DNA of 64,000 nucleotides, taken from a bacterium. GTDB lineage: Bacteria; SAR324; NAC60-12. The notes beneath the pieces were generated by a model. It saw only the letters and a program-made list of their open reading frames with translations. It had not been told where the DNA came from and searched no databases. Shown in pieces: positions 31,040 to 42,070 of the stretch. Every line of letters starts with the position of its first letter. The stretch's first letter is position 1. The position numbers and the translations under genes were made by a program. Where the stretch lies: NCBI GenBank assembly GCA_965209155.1, contig OZ242383.1, positions 4,103,403 through 4,167,402 on the forward strand. Reading direction: 5' to 3'.

Positions 31040-31966
31040 ATGATGTGGTGTCCAAGCTGGTATTCAGCAGGTGTTGTTCTTTTTTTTTTCATTAATACTC
31101 CTGCTTACCCGCAATCCATTTCCCGAGTCCCTTCTGCAGGCACTCCAACAAGCTCTCCGCACGATCAAGCCACTGCGCATGATCCCTTGCGGACTTGTGT
31201 CCCAACGCCGCAACATTCCCGCGAAACGGAACTCTATCAAAAACGTCTTGAAGAGTATTTAAAAGCAAGGAGGGAGTCTCCCCAAAACGCGGAAGTCCAT
31301 TACAACCTGGGTATGCTGTATTCACGTCTTCAGCAATGGGATGAGGCTCAAAAATCTTTTTTTCAGGCATTGAATCATGATCGGGATCAAAAGAGGGTCG
31401 CACGCATTTATTTCCAACTGGGAAATGTTTTCGCCTGTCAACGTCAGTTTGAAAAGGCCATTGTCCAATACAAACAATCCCTGCGTATGGAGCCACAAGA
31501 TACCGACACACAGCACAATCTGGCACTAAGCCAACTCCTTGCCAAACAGCAACAACGGGAACAAGAGCAACAATCCAGGGGCAATTCCGACGAAAATGGT
31601 GAGAAAAATGAATCTCAACAACTTCCCAGCCCTACGAACGATCAACCCGAATCGTACCCCGAACAACCTCCAACAGAAAAACCACAGGAAAAAGAAAATT
31701 CACAACAGAACCAAGAGGGAAATTCCCGTCAAGAATCCGACGCGCAACAAGAAAGACCATCAGGGGGAAAAAACTCTTCCGAAGAAGAGTCTGTTCAATC
31801 TGAAGAGAACGGTGGTAGAACGGAGGAGGACACCATACAAGCTGCTATGACTCGTCAGCAGGCAGCGCAATTGCTCAACTCGGTTTACGAAGACCGGCGA
31901 CGATTCATAAAAAATTTTATTGATCGTCAAACGCAAGCACCGACTCCCAGCGAAAAAAACTGGTAG
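31040..31966 (+). CDS. Exported TPR protein with Q/E-rich low-complexity linker (BatC-like)
   Basis: TPR motifs (HYNLG, FQLGN, HNL) and a C-terminal ...EKNW. Confidence 0.7.
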   Translation: MMWCPSWYSAGVVLFFFINTPAYPQSISRVPSAGTPTSSPHDQATAHDPLRTCVPTPQHSRETELYQKRLEEYLKARRESPQNAEVHYNLGMLYSRLQQWDEAQKSFFQALNHDRDQKRVARIYFQLGNVFACQRQFEKAIVQYKQSLRMEPQDTDTQHNLALSQLLAKQQQREQEQQSRGNSDENGEKNESQQLPSPTNDQPESYPEQPPTEKPQEKENSQQNQEGNSRQESDAQQERPSGGKNSSEEESVQSEENGGRTEEDTIQAAMTRQQAAQLLNSVYEDRRRFIKNFIDRQTQAPTPSEKNW

Positions 31967-32013
31967 AACGAGGGTGAAAGTGGAGAGTACCGGCTAATTT
32001 TGGTAAAATTTTC

Positions 32014-33378
32014 TCAACACACTTCCGCTTCCAGTGAAAATTTTTTAGCACCGGTGATACGGACTTTCACCAAATCACCTACATGCGCATCGCTTTCCGT
32101 AATCACTACGGAATGGTGGCCTCGGGAACGCCCGGAACGTGAACCAGGTTCTCGGGGATAGAATCCTTCTACCAACACTTCCATCTCACTTCCCACCATC
32201 TCTTTGTGCTTTTCCGCTAGAATGGACTCCTGAATCTTCAAAAGGCGTCCCAAGCGTTCGTTCTTCACGGACTCTTCTAATTGTTCTGAGTATGCAGCTG
32301 CAGGGGTACCAGGTCGCGGGGAGTATTTAAAAGCATAGACCTGATCAAAACGAATGGATTCCACAGCTTCCATCGTTTTTGCGAAATCAGCTTCCGTCTC
32401 TCCCGGAAAGCCGGCAATCAAGTCGGTTGAAAGGGTGGCCTGTGGTACGTGGCTGCGCAAAAGTTGCACTTTTTCCAAATAATCATCAAGGGTGTAACGT
32501 CTTTTCATACGCTTGAGAATATGATCCGAACCCGCTTGCAAAGGCAAATGGAGTTGTTCACAGACTGCATCCAATTCCCTCAATGCCTGCGCCAGAGATT
32601 TGTTGAAGTCCTTGGGGTGCGGAGAGGTGAATCGTATTCGTTCCAAGCCTTCAATATCATTCAAGCGACGTAGCAATTCCACAAAATCCACCACTTCACC
32701 TCTCACGCCATTTGCTTTGTAAGAATTGACATTCTGTCCCAATAAGCAAATTTCCTTGGTTCCCCGATCGACCAAATGGGCGGCTTCCTGAAGAATATTT
32801 TCCGGTTTCCGACTCACTTCCAAACCTCGGGTGAGCGGCACAATACAAAAACTGCAAAAGTTATTGCAACCTTTAGTGATGGCAATGAATGCTTTCACAC
32901 CAGGCTGCGAAACATTTTCGAAGCTGAAATCGGGAATGAAATTTCGAACTTTTTGTTTAGGGGCTTTGCGTGAGGTTTGAACAACCCGCTTTCCCTGACG
33001 CACTGCCTGCAAAAGTTCTGGTAAATCAAAGAGATTGTCCGTACCAAAGACCATGTCGACATTTCGGGCGCGTTGCAGAATTTTTCCCCCTTCCTGTTGA
33101 GCCACGCATCCCCCTACTCCAATGATCACCTGGGGATTCTTTTTTTTCAATGGTTGAAGCCTGCCCAGCAGACTATAAACTTTCTGTTCGGCTTTCTCTC
33201 GCACCGAACAGGTATTTAAAATGATCAAATCCGCCTCCTGGTAATTGTCCGAATAAGCGTAATTTTCCCGGTGCAGGACTTCCAGCATTTTATCGGTGTC
33301 ATATTCATTCATCTGACAACCAAAGGTCTGAATATTGACTTTCTTTGGTGAGGGGACTGATTTTTTGGCGGTGGTCAT
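32014..33378 (-). CDS. miaB: tRNA methylthiotransferase
   Basis: GCQMNEYD, NTCSVREKA, CNNFCSFC, TRAM domain. Confidence 0.96.
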   Translation of the reverse strand: MTTAKKSVPSPKKVNIQTFGCQMNEYDTDKMLEVLHRENYAYSDNYQEADLIILNTCSVREKAEQKVYSLLGRLQPLKKKNPQVIIGVGGCVAQQEGGKILQRARNVDMVFGTDNLFDLPELLQAVRQGKRVVQTSRKAPKQKVRNFIPDFSFENVSQPGVKAFIAITKGCNNFCSFCIVPLTRGLEVSRKPENILQEAAHLVDRGTKEICLLGQNVNSYKANGVRGEVVDFVELLRRLNDIEGLERIRFTSPHPKDFNKSLAQALRELDAVCEQLHLPLQAGSDHILKRMKRRYTLDDYLEKVQLLRSHVPQATLSTDLIAGFPGETEADFAKTMEAVESIRFDQVYAFKYSPRPGTPAAAYSEQLEESVKNERLGRLLKIQESILAEKHKEMVGSEMEVLVEGFYPREPGSRSGRSRGHHSVVITESDAHVGDLVKVRITGAKKFSLEAEVC

Positions 33379-33523
33379 AAATCTAAGCTGAGCGTAATTT
33401 TGTCGAGTTGAAGATCCGACTGGAATGTGTTTTCCTCCAGCTTGTACCTCTTTTAAAATGGAGTTAAAAGGAGTATATCATACAATTAGAATGGTATGAG
33501 GGCAATCCTTAAAACGTTAAAAT

Positions 33524-34459
33524 ATGAAAGTTATATTTATGGGAACCCCACAAGAGGCGATTCCGTCGCTTCAAGCCCTGATTGATTTTCCGGATTGTTC
33601 CATCCAAACGGTTTACACCCAAGGAGACCGTCCCTCGGGACGTCGAAAAACACTCGCACCTTCTCCTGTGAAGGTCCATGCTCTGCGAGCAGGTATTCCA
33701 GTCAAGTCCCCACACACCTTAAAAGATTCAGAAGTTCTTAATGAACTGAAACAAATGGAAATTGATTTGATCATTGTTTGCGCCTACGGACAACTTTTGC
33801 CACAAGCCTTATTGGATATCCCTGCCAAAGGTTGTTTCAATTTACATTTTTCACTTCTCCCACGTTGGCGAGGTGCCAGTCCGGTGCAATCAGCAATCCG
33901 GGCGGGTGATCGAGAAACGGGAGTTTCCCTGCAAAAAATAGTGCTGAAATTGGATGCAGGGCCGCTTGTGGCCCTTTCTCAAAGAGAAAGAATCCTGGAT
34001 ACGGACACTTACTTTTCCCTGGTCAACAGACTCAGCCAGCTTTCTGCAAAGTTACTGAATGATTCTTTGCCCGAGATCTTTGACCAATCTCATACCTTGG
34101 AGGACCAGGATGAAACAGCCGTTACTCTTTGCAAAACCATAAAAAAAGAAGAAGGGTGTATCCACTGGGCTTTGGAAACAGCGATTGAGATGGAACGCAA
34201 ATTGCGTGCGTTCACTCCATGGCCTGGCATTTTTACTTTCGACGAACAAGGTCGCAGATTGCAGATCACCCAATTGGAAGTCGTCACCGACTGTTCCTTG
34301 CCCCCGGGTCTCGTACAACCGGGATTTTTAGTAGGAACGGCGCACGAGGCAGTGCGAGTGTTATCCCTCAAACCCGAGGGAAAAAAGAAGATGACTGCCG
34401 TTGAGTTTATACGAGGACATCCCCGGTTAGTCGGCACCAACCTGGGAAGGTCAGATTAG
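33524..34459 (+). CDS. fmt: Methionyl-tRNA formyltransferase
   Basis: FMGTP, NLHFSLLPRWRGASP, LDAG, PWP. Confidence 0.96.
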   Translation: MKVIFMGTPQEAIPSLQALIDFPDCSIQTVYTQGDRPSGRRKTLAPSPVKVHALRAGIPVKSPHTLKDSEVLNELKQMEIDLIIVCAYGQLLPQALLDIPAKGCFNLHFSLLPRWRGASPVQSAIRAGDRETGVSLQKIVLKLDAGPLVALSQRERILDTDTYFSLVNRLSQLSAKLLNDSLPEIFDQSHTLEDQDETAVTLCKTIKKEEGCIHWALETAIEMERKLRAFTPWPGIFTFDEQGRRLQITQLEVVTDCSLPPGLVQPGFLVGTAHEAVRVLSLKPEGKKKMTAVEFIRGHPRLVGTNLGRSD

Positions 34460-34576
34460 ATTGAATCAATACTCTCCAATTTTCAATGAATCAGCTTGAA
34501 TCTTCCAAAGCAAACGTTTAAAGCTCAATTTCACTGCAAGCTTGGAAAGAAAGGAGATTTCTTATGAAAGAATCAA

Positions 34577-35182
34577 TTGTTCTTCCATACTGTTCAAATA
34601 AACATTCAATTCCAATGCGCTTTATTTGTAATTATCCAATTCAGTCGAATTCAGAAAGCAATGACAGAGTTGAACCCTTATACGAGAGCCATGGGCACTG
34701 TTCTGGAAAAATTAAATCGTTCTTTTGGCGAAGCCGCCCAGGATGGAGCTTTGGTGCAATTCTTGTCCAACATGGTGCAAGGACGAATGCTGGATCATTT
34801 GGTCCACCGGATCAGCCTTTATTATCAAATTGACGATTCACAGTTTGAAAAAGAATTGACGATGATTTTGGTGGAAGTTTTTAGTGATGAATTGTTTTCC
34901 CAGTTTCGTCGTAAAGTAGAAGAAAAACCCATCATCGTGTTTCATATCGCTCAGCGCATCCATGACACCGAAAAAAATGAGGAATTCAATGAGGAACACA
35001 ACGAAAAACGTTCCAATCGTCTATACCTGACAATTCTGCGTCAATACCTGCAATATCATCATATCGACGAAGTCATCGAGACGCTCAATTCAAACCTTCA
35101 GATTCAACAGCTGATATATTTAGCTTCAATCAAAAAGTACCTGCTTTGGCGGCTGACCCTCCCTATTCAGAATCCTCAATAA
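34577..35182 (+). CDS. Hypothetical helical protein (start possibly 34661)
   Basis: Longest ORF in the interval; no motif recognised. Confidence 0.55.
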   Translation: MFFHTVQINIQFQCALFVIIQFSRIQKAMTELNPYTRAMGTVLEKLNRSFGEAAQDGALVQFLSNMVQGRMLDHLVHRISLYYQIDDSQFEKELTMILVEVFSDELFSQFRRKVEEKPIIVFHIAQRIHDTEKNEEFNEEHNEKRSNRLYLTILRQYLQYHHIDEVIETLNSNLQIQQLIYLASIKKYLLWRLTLPIQNPQ

Positions 35183-35297
35183 CCTGTTTTTCCCGGAGAG
35201 TATTGAAGCACAGACCGGTTTGGCAGGTCTTTTCAACAACCGTATGATCTGATAATATTAATTAAACGCCGTAATAACAATATGAGGCCAGCAGTCC

Positions 35298-35801
35298 TTG
35301 CCGGATTTAAAAAAGGGGAACTTAATGAAATATTTATTAATTTGTATGATCTTGGCATCGATCGGTGGATTTGTTTTTTCGGAAGGACAAGCTGCATCCG
35401 ATAGTTCTTCAGAAGACACCGATATAGAGCAAAATTCCGATTATCGCGCTGCCCTGGCAGCAATAAAGGCTGAAGATTATGAAAATGCCCTGGTATTTCT
35501 CAAAAAAGCAGATCAAAGCCTTCCGGAGAATGCCGATATATTGAACCTTCTGGGATACAGCTATCGTCAACTTGGGGTCTTCGAGTCGAGTTTGGACTAT
35601 TATCATCGAGCCCTTGAAATCGACCCTCAACATTTGGGAGCCAATGAGTATTTGGGAGAACTTTACCTGCAAACCGGAGAGTTGGAAAAAGCGCAAGAAC
35701 GATTAGAGGTACTTGCGGATGCATGTTGGTTTGGATGCGAGGAATATGATGAATTGAAAGAAGCCATTGAAGCCTATAAAAAAGAAAAGGGGTTGAAATG
35801 A
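35298..35801 (+). CDS. Exported TPR protein
   Basis: Signal-like N-terminus; NLLGYSYRQLG, GANEYLGELY. Confidence 0.85.
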   Translation: MPDLKKGNLMKYLLICMILASIGGFVFSEGQAASDSSSEDTDIEQNSDYRAALAAIKAEDYENALVFLKKADQSLPENADILNLLGYSYRQLGVFESSLDYYHRALEIDPQHLGANEYLGELYLQTGELEKAQERLEVLADACWFGCEEYDELKEAIEAYKKEKGLK

Positions 35802-35947
35802 ACTATCTCATACCGGTAAATGACTTGAGCCGGTTATGAAATTCTTGTTTTCTTTGCGCGTAACCAATTTGAACATGGGAACTTTATTGAACGCAATGAA
35901 CCTTCCTTTGAAATATTTATTGCCAAAGTCGCCTGAATGAAACCAGG

Positions 35948-36649
35948 ATGCTCGTCCCTCAGCAAATCAAAGCCAATCTGGAAAAAATTCGTCGAGAAAT
36001 CCAAGCGAGCGTACAAATATCCGGTCGGCATACGGAGGAAGTGCGATTGATCGCAGTCTCTAAAACATTTCCTGCTGCTGCGATAGAAGCTGCTATGGCT
36101 GCCGGACAATGGCAATTTGGAGAAAATCGGGTGCAGGAGGCACTCGAAAAGATACCCCTCCTTTCCCGGGACATTGAGTGGCACCTGGTGGGCCATTTAC
36201 AAAAGAACAAAGCCCGTCACTGCCCGGGAAAATTTCAATGGATTCATTCAATTGATTCTTCGCAGCTAGTGGATGCCTTGGAAAAAAGATGTCAACAGTC
36301 ACAATCAGTCATCAAAGTATTAATTCAAGTAAATTTATCCCGGGAAAGCAGCAAGTGGGGCATTTGGGAATGGGATGAACTGTGCCGTTTGGTTGAACAT
36401 CTCTTGTCGTGTCAATGTTTGCAATTAAAAGGCTTGATGACTATGGCTGATCATCAGGCCAATGAAAAAGAGACTCGTAAAATCTTTGCAACCCTCTATC
36501 AATGGAGGGAACGATTGATACGGCATTTTGGAATTCAGAAAGACTGCACGGAACTGTCAATGGGCATGTCTTCCGATTACAAATGGGCAATTGAAGAGGG
36601 AGCCACTTTCATTCGCATTGGTAGCGCCATCTTCGGCAGGCGTCCCTGA
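35948..36649 (+). CDS. yggS: PLP homeostasis protein
   Basis: AVSKT, FGENRVQE, GHLQKNK, LSMGMS, RIGSAIFG. Confidence 0.96.
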   Translation: MLVPQQIKANLEKIRREIQASVQISGRHTEEVRLIAVSKTFPAAAIEAAMAAGQWQFGENRVQEALEKIPLLSRDIEWHLVGHLQKNKARHCPGKFQWIHSIDSSQLVDALEKRCQQSQSVIKVLIQVNLSRESSKWGIWEWDELCRLVEHLLSCQCLQLKGLMTMADHQANEKETRKIFATLYQWRERLIRHFGIQKDCTELSMGMSSDYKWAIEEGATFIRIGSAIFGRRP

Positions 36650-36700
36650 ATAAAATTTTTATAATCACACCTCATATACCTGTAAATTAGGAGTATAAAC

Positions 36701-36958
36701 ATGTCTGTTATCCCCTTTTCATTATCTCAAGTCCTGGTTACCATATTAGATTTGTACACATTCATTCTCATTGCCCGTGCCCTGATTTCCTGGATTAACC
36801 CGGATCCTCATAATAAAATCGTTCAATTTTTATATCAAATCACAGAACCTGTGCTGGTTCCCGTACGCAGGGTGATTCCTCCCATCGGGGGATTGGATCT
36901 TTCCCTGTTGGTAGTCCTGGTCATCATTCAAATTCTCCGTAATATGGTTCCATATTGA
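36701..36958 (+). CDS. yggT: YggT membrane protein
   Basis: SWINPDP...TEPVL.PVRRVIPPIGGLDLS; follows yggS. Confidence 0.93.
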   Translation: MSVIPFSLSQVLVTILDLYTFILIARALISWINPDPHNKIVQFLYQITEPVLVPVRRVIPPIGGLDLSLLVVLVIIQILRNMVPY

Positions 36959-37122
36959 TCAGAAAATTTTCGAGGGACAAAGAGCACGAACGAAACACGA
37001 TGAATCCCTCCCAAAATCATTATGAGACATTACTTCATGTTGCACAATCGGTAATGGAAACGATTTGAAAAAAGCTCCCTTTCTGAGAGAAAGGATGGGG
37101 GCTGGAATACCCAAAAAATTTC

Positions 37123-38694
37123 ATGATAGTATATCTTATGCAATACTCGCATAAATGCATTCAATTGGTACCACGGTCTATGCAATATATTTTAAAATGG
37201 TGGATCGCTTTCTTGACAGGAGTGATTGCGCCTGCCTCGCTCTATGCTGCCGGGACATCATCGACCTCGCCCAACTCTTTACGTCTTTCTTTGGAAAGCT
37301 ATCAAGATGGCCATCTCACCGATTTGATAGCCATTTTGTCCCATCGTATCGATCAACATCCTTTCAATTTGATTGCGACTCTTCTCTTTGTTTGCGCCAT
37401 TTGTCATACATTTCTGACGGGGATATTCAGAAGGATTGCGCATCGCTGGGAACATGAATCCCGTCAACAATTAAAGAGTCGAACACAAGATGAACTCGGG
37501 GTTTGGCACGATGTCCGTTTTGGCTCACAAGTCATGCATTTTTTAGGTGAAGTGGAAGTTGTTTTTGGCTTGTGGATATTGCCTTTACTGGCAGTTGCAT
37601 TTTATTTTTTCAGTTGGCACGAAATCGTCTCATATGTCAATGGAGACGTCAATTATACGGAAGCGATGTTTGTGGTGGTGATCATGGCTCTTGCCTCTAG
37701 CAGACCTGTGGTCAAATTGGCTGAAAACAGTCTCCAACAATTTGCCCGTGTTGGCGGCAATTCTCCTGCTGCCTGGTGGTTGTCGATATTAACCGTCGCT
37801 CCATTGCTCGGCTCGTTCATAACGGAACCAGCCGCGATGACCATCTCCGCCCTTTTGCTGGGCAAACAATTTTATCAATGCAATCCTTCTCCCCGATTTG
37901 CTTATGCCACCATTGGATTGCTTTTTGTCAATATTTCGGTGGGTGGAACGCTCTCCCATTTTGCCGCACCTCCCGTCCTGATGGTTGCCGCTCCCTGGAA
38001 CTGGGATCTGGTTTTCATGATCACTCATTTCGGCTGGAAAGCAGCCTTGGGAATCGTACTGGCCAATACTCTGTATTTCCTTGTCTTTCGCCACGAGTTT
38101 GCTACGTTGAAACAGACCATTCCCGAGCAACAATCTGTAGAAAACAGTGCCGGTTCGACTCCCGTTCCTGCGTGGATCACCATTGTACATCTCATTTTCA
38201 TGGCTTGGACCGTGTTCAATGTCCACTATCCTGTTCTGTTTATTGGAGGGTTTTTATTTTTCCTCGGTTTTGTCCAGGCAACACGTCCCCATCAAAGTCG
38301 GCTTGATTTGAAACCGGCTCTGCTGGTTGGATTTTTCCTGGCGGGTTTGGTCACGCATGGCGGTTTGCAGGGGTGGTGGATTGCCCCGGTTTTGGGCAGT
38401 TTATCCGAAGTTCCTTTAATGGTAGGAGCGACAGTTTTGACTGCGTTCAACGATAATGCCGCCATCACGTACTTGAGTACCCTGGTACCTTCCTTCACCG
38501 ATGAACTGAAGTACGCAGTGGTGGCAGGTGCCGTGACGGGCGGCGGATTGACAGTCATTGCCAATGCCCCCAATCCTGCAGGGCAGTCGATACTTGCCAA
38601 ATACTTTGATGGGGGAGTTTCTCCACTTGGATTGTTAGCGGGTGCTCTCGTTCCTACTCTCATTATGGGATTATGTTTCATGCTTATACGATAG
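37123..38694 (+). CDS. Putative Na+/H+ antiporter (DUF1504-like)
   Basis: Multi-pass membrane protein; HFLGEVE, GSFITEPAAMT, NDNAAITYL, ANAPNPAG. Confidence 0.8.
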   Translation: MIVYLMQYSHKCIQLVPRSMQYILKWWIAFLTGVIAPASLYAAGTSSTSPNSLRLSLESYQDGHLTDLIAILSHRIDQHPFNLIATLLFVCAICHTFLTGIFRRIAHRWEHESRQQLKSRTQDELGVWHDVRFGSQVMHFLGEVEVVFGLWILPLLAVAFYFFSWHEIVSYVNGDVNYTEAMFVVVIMALASSRPVVKLAENSLQQFARVGGNSPAAWWLSILTVAPLLGSFITEPAAMTISALLLGKQFYQCNPSPRFAYATIGLLFVNISVGGTLSHFAAPPVLMVAAPWNWDLVFMITHFGWKAALGIVLANTLYFLVFRHEFATLKQTIPEQQSVENSAGSTPVPAWITIVHLIFMAWTVFNVHYPVLFIGGFLFFLGFVQATRPHQSRLDLKPALLVGFFLAGLVTHGGLQGWWIAPVLGSLSEVPLMVGATVLTAFNDNAAITYLSTLVPSFTDELKYAVVAGAVTGGGLTVIANAPNPAGQSILAKYFDGGVSPLGLLAGALVPTLIMGLCFMLIR

Positions 38695-38697
38695 GGA

Positions 38698-38997
38698 GTG
38701 ATGAAAGATTTATCTTATTTTTTAACGTTCCTGTTTATTTTCATGCTTGCCGGTTGTACCGAAGAATCAAGAAATCGAATATTTCGGCAAGCCGATAATA
38801 TCCTTGGGAAAGACTTGATAGTCTCTTACATCGATGAAGGAAAAATTATCAAATCCTGGGTGGTGAGGGACGGCAAAATCACAACCGGGAAGGATGATAG
38901 CGGGAGGGTGTTGGGTTATTATTATTTTTGGAGTGAAAAAGTCGGGTATGTACAAATTCCCATTGAACGCACAATCATTGAAGAGTATCGACAGTGA
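38698..38997 (+). CDS. Hypothetical lipoprotein
   Basis: LAGC lipobox after a hydrophobic stretch; RBS GGGAG. Confidence 0.7.
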   Translation: MMKDLSYFLTFLFIFMLAGCTEESRNRIFRQADNILGKDLIVSYIDEGKIIKSWVVRDGKITTGKDDSGRVLGYYYFWSEKVGYVQIPIERTIIEEYRQ

Positions 38998-39036
38998 GTC
39001 GTCTTGAATTTAAATCTTTTCAAAGAGCATTCTCCT

Positions 39037-39921
39037 TCATTCCACCACATATTGGTCTTCCAGTAATCTCTTTTCGTTGCTATCCCATACGATAACGCGC
39101 AACGCAACGAATGGATCTGTAGATTTTTGCTCAAAACTGGTGGAGAAGGGACGAAATCGTCTGATGACAAAGCGCATCGCTTCACTACGCTTGAATGGAA
39201 TTTCTTCACCCACTTCATTTTCACGTAAGGCACGGACAATGACGAAACCCGACTGGGTTTTCTCTCCGGTATTCCTGATATTGAACTGAACTTGAATCGA
39301 ATTGCTTTTAACTGTCATCCGGAATTGATCGACTATTATTTCCGGAGGGGTGAGGTCTTGAAATGGAATGCTAACTACGGGGATTGATGCGGACTGAGAA
39401 AGAACTTGTTTTTTGACGTCGGGAATTTTTTGAAAAAGCGCCTGGACGGTGGTGTGGGATTGTAAATTCTGCGCTTTTAAATTGGCAATTCGGGCATCCC
39501 GGGCATTCAAAGTATTTTGCAATTCCGCAATTTCCAGGACGAGCTCCGATTCTTTTACTTCTAAGTCGGTCTTGTCTTCTTTTTCAAAGGCTTGGGGATG
39601 TTCTGTCACCGCAAGGAGAAATTTTTTTTGATCTACCTGCCGTTCCAGGTAAAGATGTTCATCCTCCAATTGCTTTAAATCACTGCTCAATTGCTCATTG
39701 GTCTTGATTTGCTGCTCATAGTTGTTTTGCATTTTGGCAATGACAATTCGATAGGAAAAAAATTGAAAAATCGAAATCCCAACGAGCAGCGAAAACATTA
39801 AGAATGCAAACGTTACTAACAAGACCAGACGAAGCCGACTGATTTTCCAGCTGCGTTTCGGAGCGACAAATAAAAAATTGGCTTGCATCATTGACAGGAA
39901 AGTGGCTTGCAGGATAATCAA
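39037..39921 (-). CDS. Single-pass membrane coiled-coil protein
   Basis: One transmembrane segment followed by a heptad-rich region and a beta-rich C-terminus. Confidence 0.65.
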   Translation of the reverse strand: MIILQATFLSMMQANFLFVAPKRSWKISRLRLVLLVTFAFLMFSLLVGISIFQFFSYRIVIAKMQNNYEQQIKTNEQLSSDLKQLEDEHLYLERQVDQKKFLLAVTEHPQAFEKEDKTDLEVKESELVLEIAELQNTLNARDARIANLKAQNLQSHTTVQALFQKIPDVKKQVLSQSASIPVVSIPFQDLTPPEIIVDQFRMTVKSNSIQVQFNIRNTGEKTQSGFVIVRALRENEVGEEIPFKRSEAMRFVIRRFRPFSTSFEQKSTDPFVALRVIVWDSNEKRLLEDQYVVE

Positions 39922-40222
39922 GTTTATCTGCTCTCTGATCCAATATCAAACGAGGAGCATGTAAGCCCTTTTATTATTCGGAATATAGCAGGACTTGGCT
40001 GGTTATCGCAAGCAGGATCGCACCTGGAAATCTGAAGAAGCGTGTTGATTCTCCGGCGCTAGAGGGTTGGTTTGTATACGGTTCATACCAACAACCCCGG
40101 TGGATGGCGAAATGCTTTTCCACGATCAAATTCTCTGGAAATTTTAAAAGAGTGATGGTAAAATTCAGGATTACGTAAAGGTAAGAAGAGTTAAATTTAA
40201 AAGTCACAATGGAGATTCCACC

Positions 40223-42031
40223 TTGAAGAGTGAAAATGTGCTGATTATTTTCAGTATTTTGGTTTTGGCTGTTTTACTGATGAATATCTTCAGTAGTTCG
40301 GGAGGTTCAGACGCCCAGAGTTTGAATTACAGCGATTTCGTCAATCAAGTACGTGAGGGGAATATTGTCACCGCAACAATTATCGGGAATACTTCGATCG
40401 AAGGTAATAACCTGGATGGCAGTATGTATCAAACCAATATTCCACCACAAAATCCAAATTTAGTGAATATGCTTCGTGAACACAAAGTTCAAGTTTCTTC
40501 GGTACCGGAAGCAGGCATGCCCTGGTATCTCAGCTTATTGATTCACTGGGGACCATTTATCTTCATATTCGCTATCTGGATTCTTTTGATGCGGCGCATG
40601 CAAGGCCCTGCCGGACGATTATTTTCACTGGGAAAAAGCAGAGCGCAGCGTATTGATCCGAGCAAACGTAAAATCACCTTCCAGGATGTTGCGGGTGTGG
40701 AGGAAAGCAAAGACGAATTAGTGGAAATCATTGATTTTTTGAGAGATCCTGCCAAGTTCAGGAAGCTGGGAGGCCGGATCCCAAAAGGAGTGCTCATGTC
40801 AGGTCCTCCGGGAACCGGAAAAACTTTGTTGGCCAAAGCGGTTGCCGGGGAAGCTGAAGTTCCATTTTTCAGCATCAGTGGTTCCGACTTTGTTGAAATG
40901 TTCGTCGGAGTGGGAGCAAGCCGCGTTCGTGATTTGTTCGAAGAAGGGCGTAAAGACGCACCTTGTATTTTATTCATTGACGAAATCGATGCGGTTGGTA
41001 GAAGCCGTGGATCAGGATTGGGTAGCGGTAACGACGAGCGCGAACAAACCCTCAATCAATTGCTGGTTGAAATGGATGGTTTCGATGCCATGGAAGGGAT
41101 CATCGTTATTGCTGCGACGAACCGGCCCGATGTACTTGATCCTGCTTTGCTGCGACCGGGCCGTTTTGACCGGCAAATCCATGTCTCCTTACCCGACGTG
41201 AAAGGACGGGAAGAAATTTTGAAAATTCACTCCAGAAAAATCACTTTGACGGAAGGGGTGGACTTGAGTGTGATTGCCAGAGGAACTCCCGGATTTTCAG
41301 GTGCGGACCTTAAAAATTTAGTAAACGAATCTGCTTTGGGTGCGGCTCGGAAAAACCATAAAACAGTTGCTTTGGAAGATTTTGAAAAAGCCCGGGACCG
41401 GGTATTGATGGGTCCTGAGCGCTCCTCTATGGTTATGTCTGAAAAAGAAAAATTGAGCACGGCTTATCACGAAGCAGGTCACGCATTGGTGGCTATGTTG
41501 ACCGACAATGCCGATCCTGTGCACAAGGTGACCATCGTACCACGGGGCAGGGCATTGGGTGTGACTTCTTTTTTACCGGAAAATGACAATCGTGCTTATG
41601 ACATGGACTATTTAGCAGGTCGGGTCACAATCGCCATGGGAGGGCGCGCTGCCGAAGAAATCATTTTCAACGAAATCACCACCGGAGCCAGCAACGACAT
41701 TCAGCAGGCTACCAATACCGTGAGAGATATGATTTGTCGTTACGGGATGAATGAAACCATCGGCCCCATTGCCTTGTCGGATGACACGCAACAGCATGTC
41801 TTTGGCAGAGATTTCGGCAAAGAGCGTGAATACGGAGAAAAGACTGCTTCTCAAGTCGATCGCGAAATGCGGAAAATGCTTAAAGCCCATTATCAAAAAG
41901 CCAAGAAAATACTAACGGTTCATATTGAAGTATTGCATAAAATGGCCAAGATTCTGATGGAAGAAGAAACCATTGACGGTCAACAAATCCAATCTTTGCT
42001 GGGAGTCGGCCAATACGGGGGAAGTACGTGA
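40223..42031 (+). CDS. ftsH: ATP-dependent zinc metalloprotease
   Basis: Two TM segments, [14 protein letters not shown], second region of homology, HEAGH. Confidence 0.97.
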   Translation: MKSENVLIIFSILVLAVLLMNIFSSSGGSDAQSLNYSDFVNQVREGNIVTATIIGNTSIEGNNLDGSMYQTNIPPQNPNLVNMLREHKVQVSSVPEAGMPWYLSLLIHWGPFIFIFAIWILLMRRMQGPAGRLFSLGKSRAQRIDPSKRKITFQDVAGVEESKDELVEIIDFLRDPAKFRKLGGRIPKGVLMSGPPGTGKTLLAKAVAGEAEVPFFSISGSDFVEMFVGVGASRVRDLFEEGRKDAPCILFIDEIDAVGRSRGSGLGSGNDEREQTLNQLLVEMDGFDAMEGIIVIAATNRPDVLDPALLRPGRFDRQIHVSLPDVKGREEILKIHSRKITLTEGVDLSVIARGTPGFSGADLKNLVNESALGAARKNHKTVALEDFEKARDRVLMGPERSSMVMSEKEKLSTAYHEAGHALVAMLTDNADPVHKVTIVPRGRALGVTSFLPENDNRAYDMDYLAGRVTIAMGGRAAEEIIFNEITTGASNDIQQATNTVRDMICRYGMNETIGPIALSDDTQQHVFGRDFGKEREYGEKTASQVDREMRKMLKAHYQKAKKILTVHIEVLHKMAKILMEEETIDGQQIQSLLGVGQYGGST

Positions 42032-42070
42032 GAAGCCGTTCTTCAACTTCCATCCTCCGCCTACCTCCAA

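Noticed and set aside
31539-31850. DNA repeat in the TPR gene linker
   Set aside because: Low-complexity Q/E/N coding sequence with no exact periodicity.
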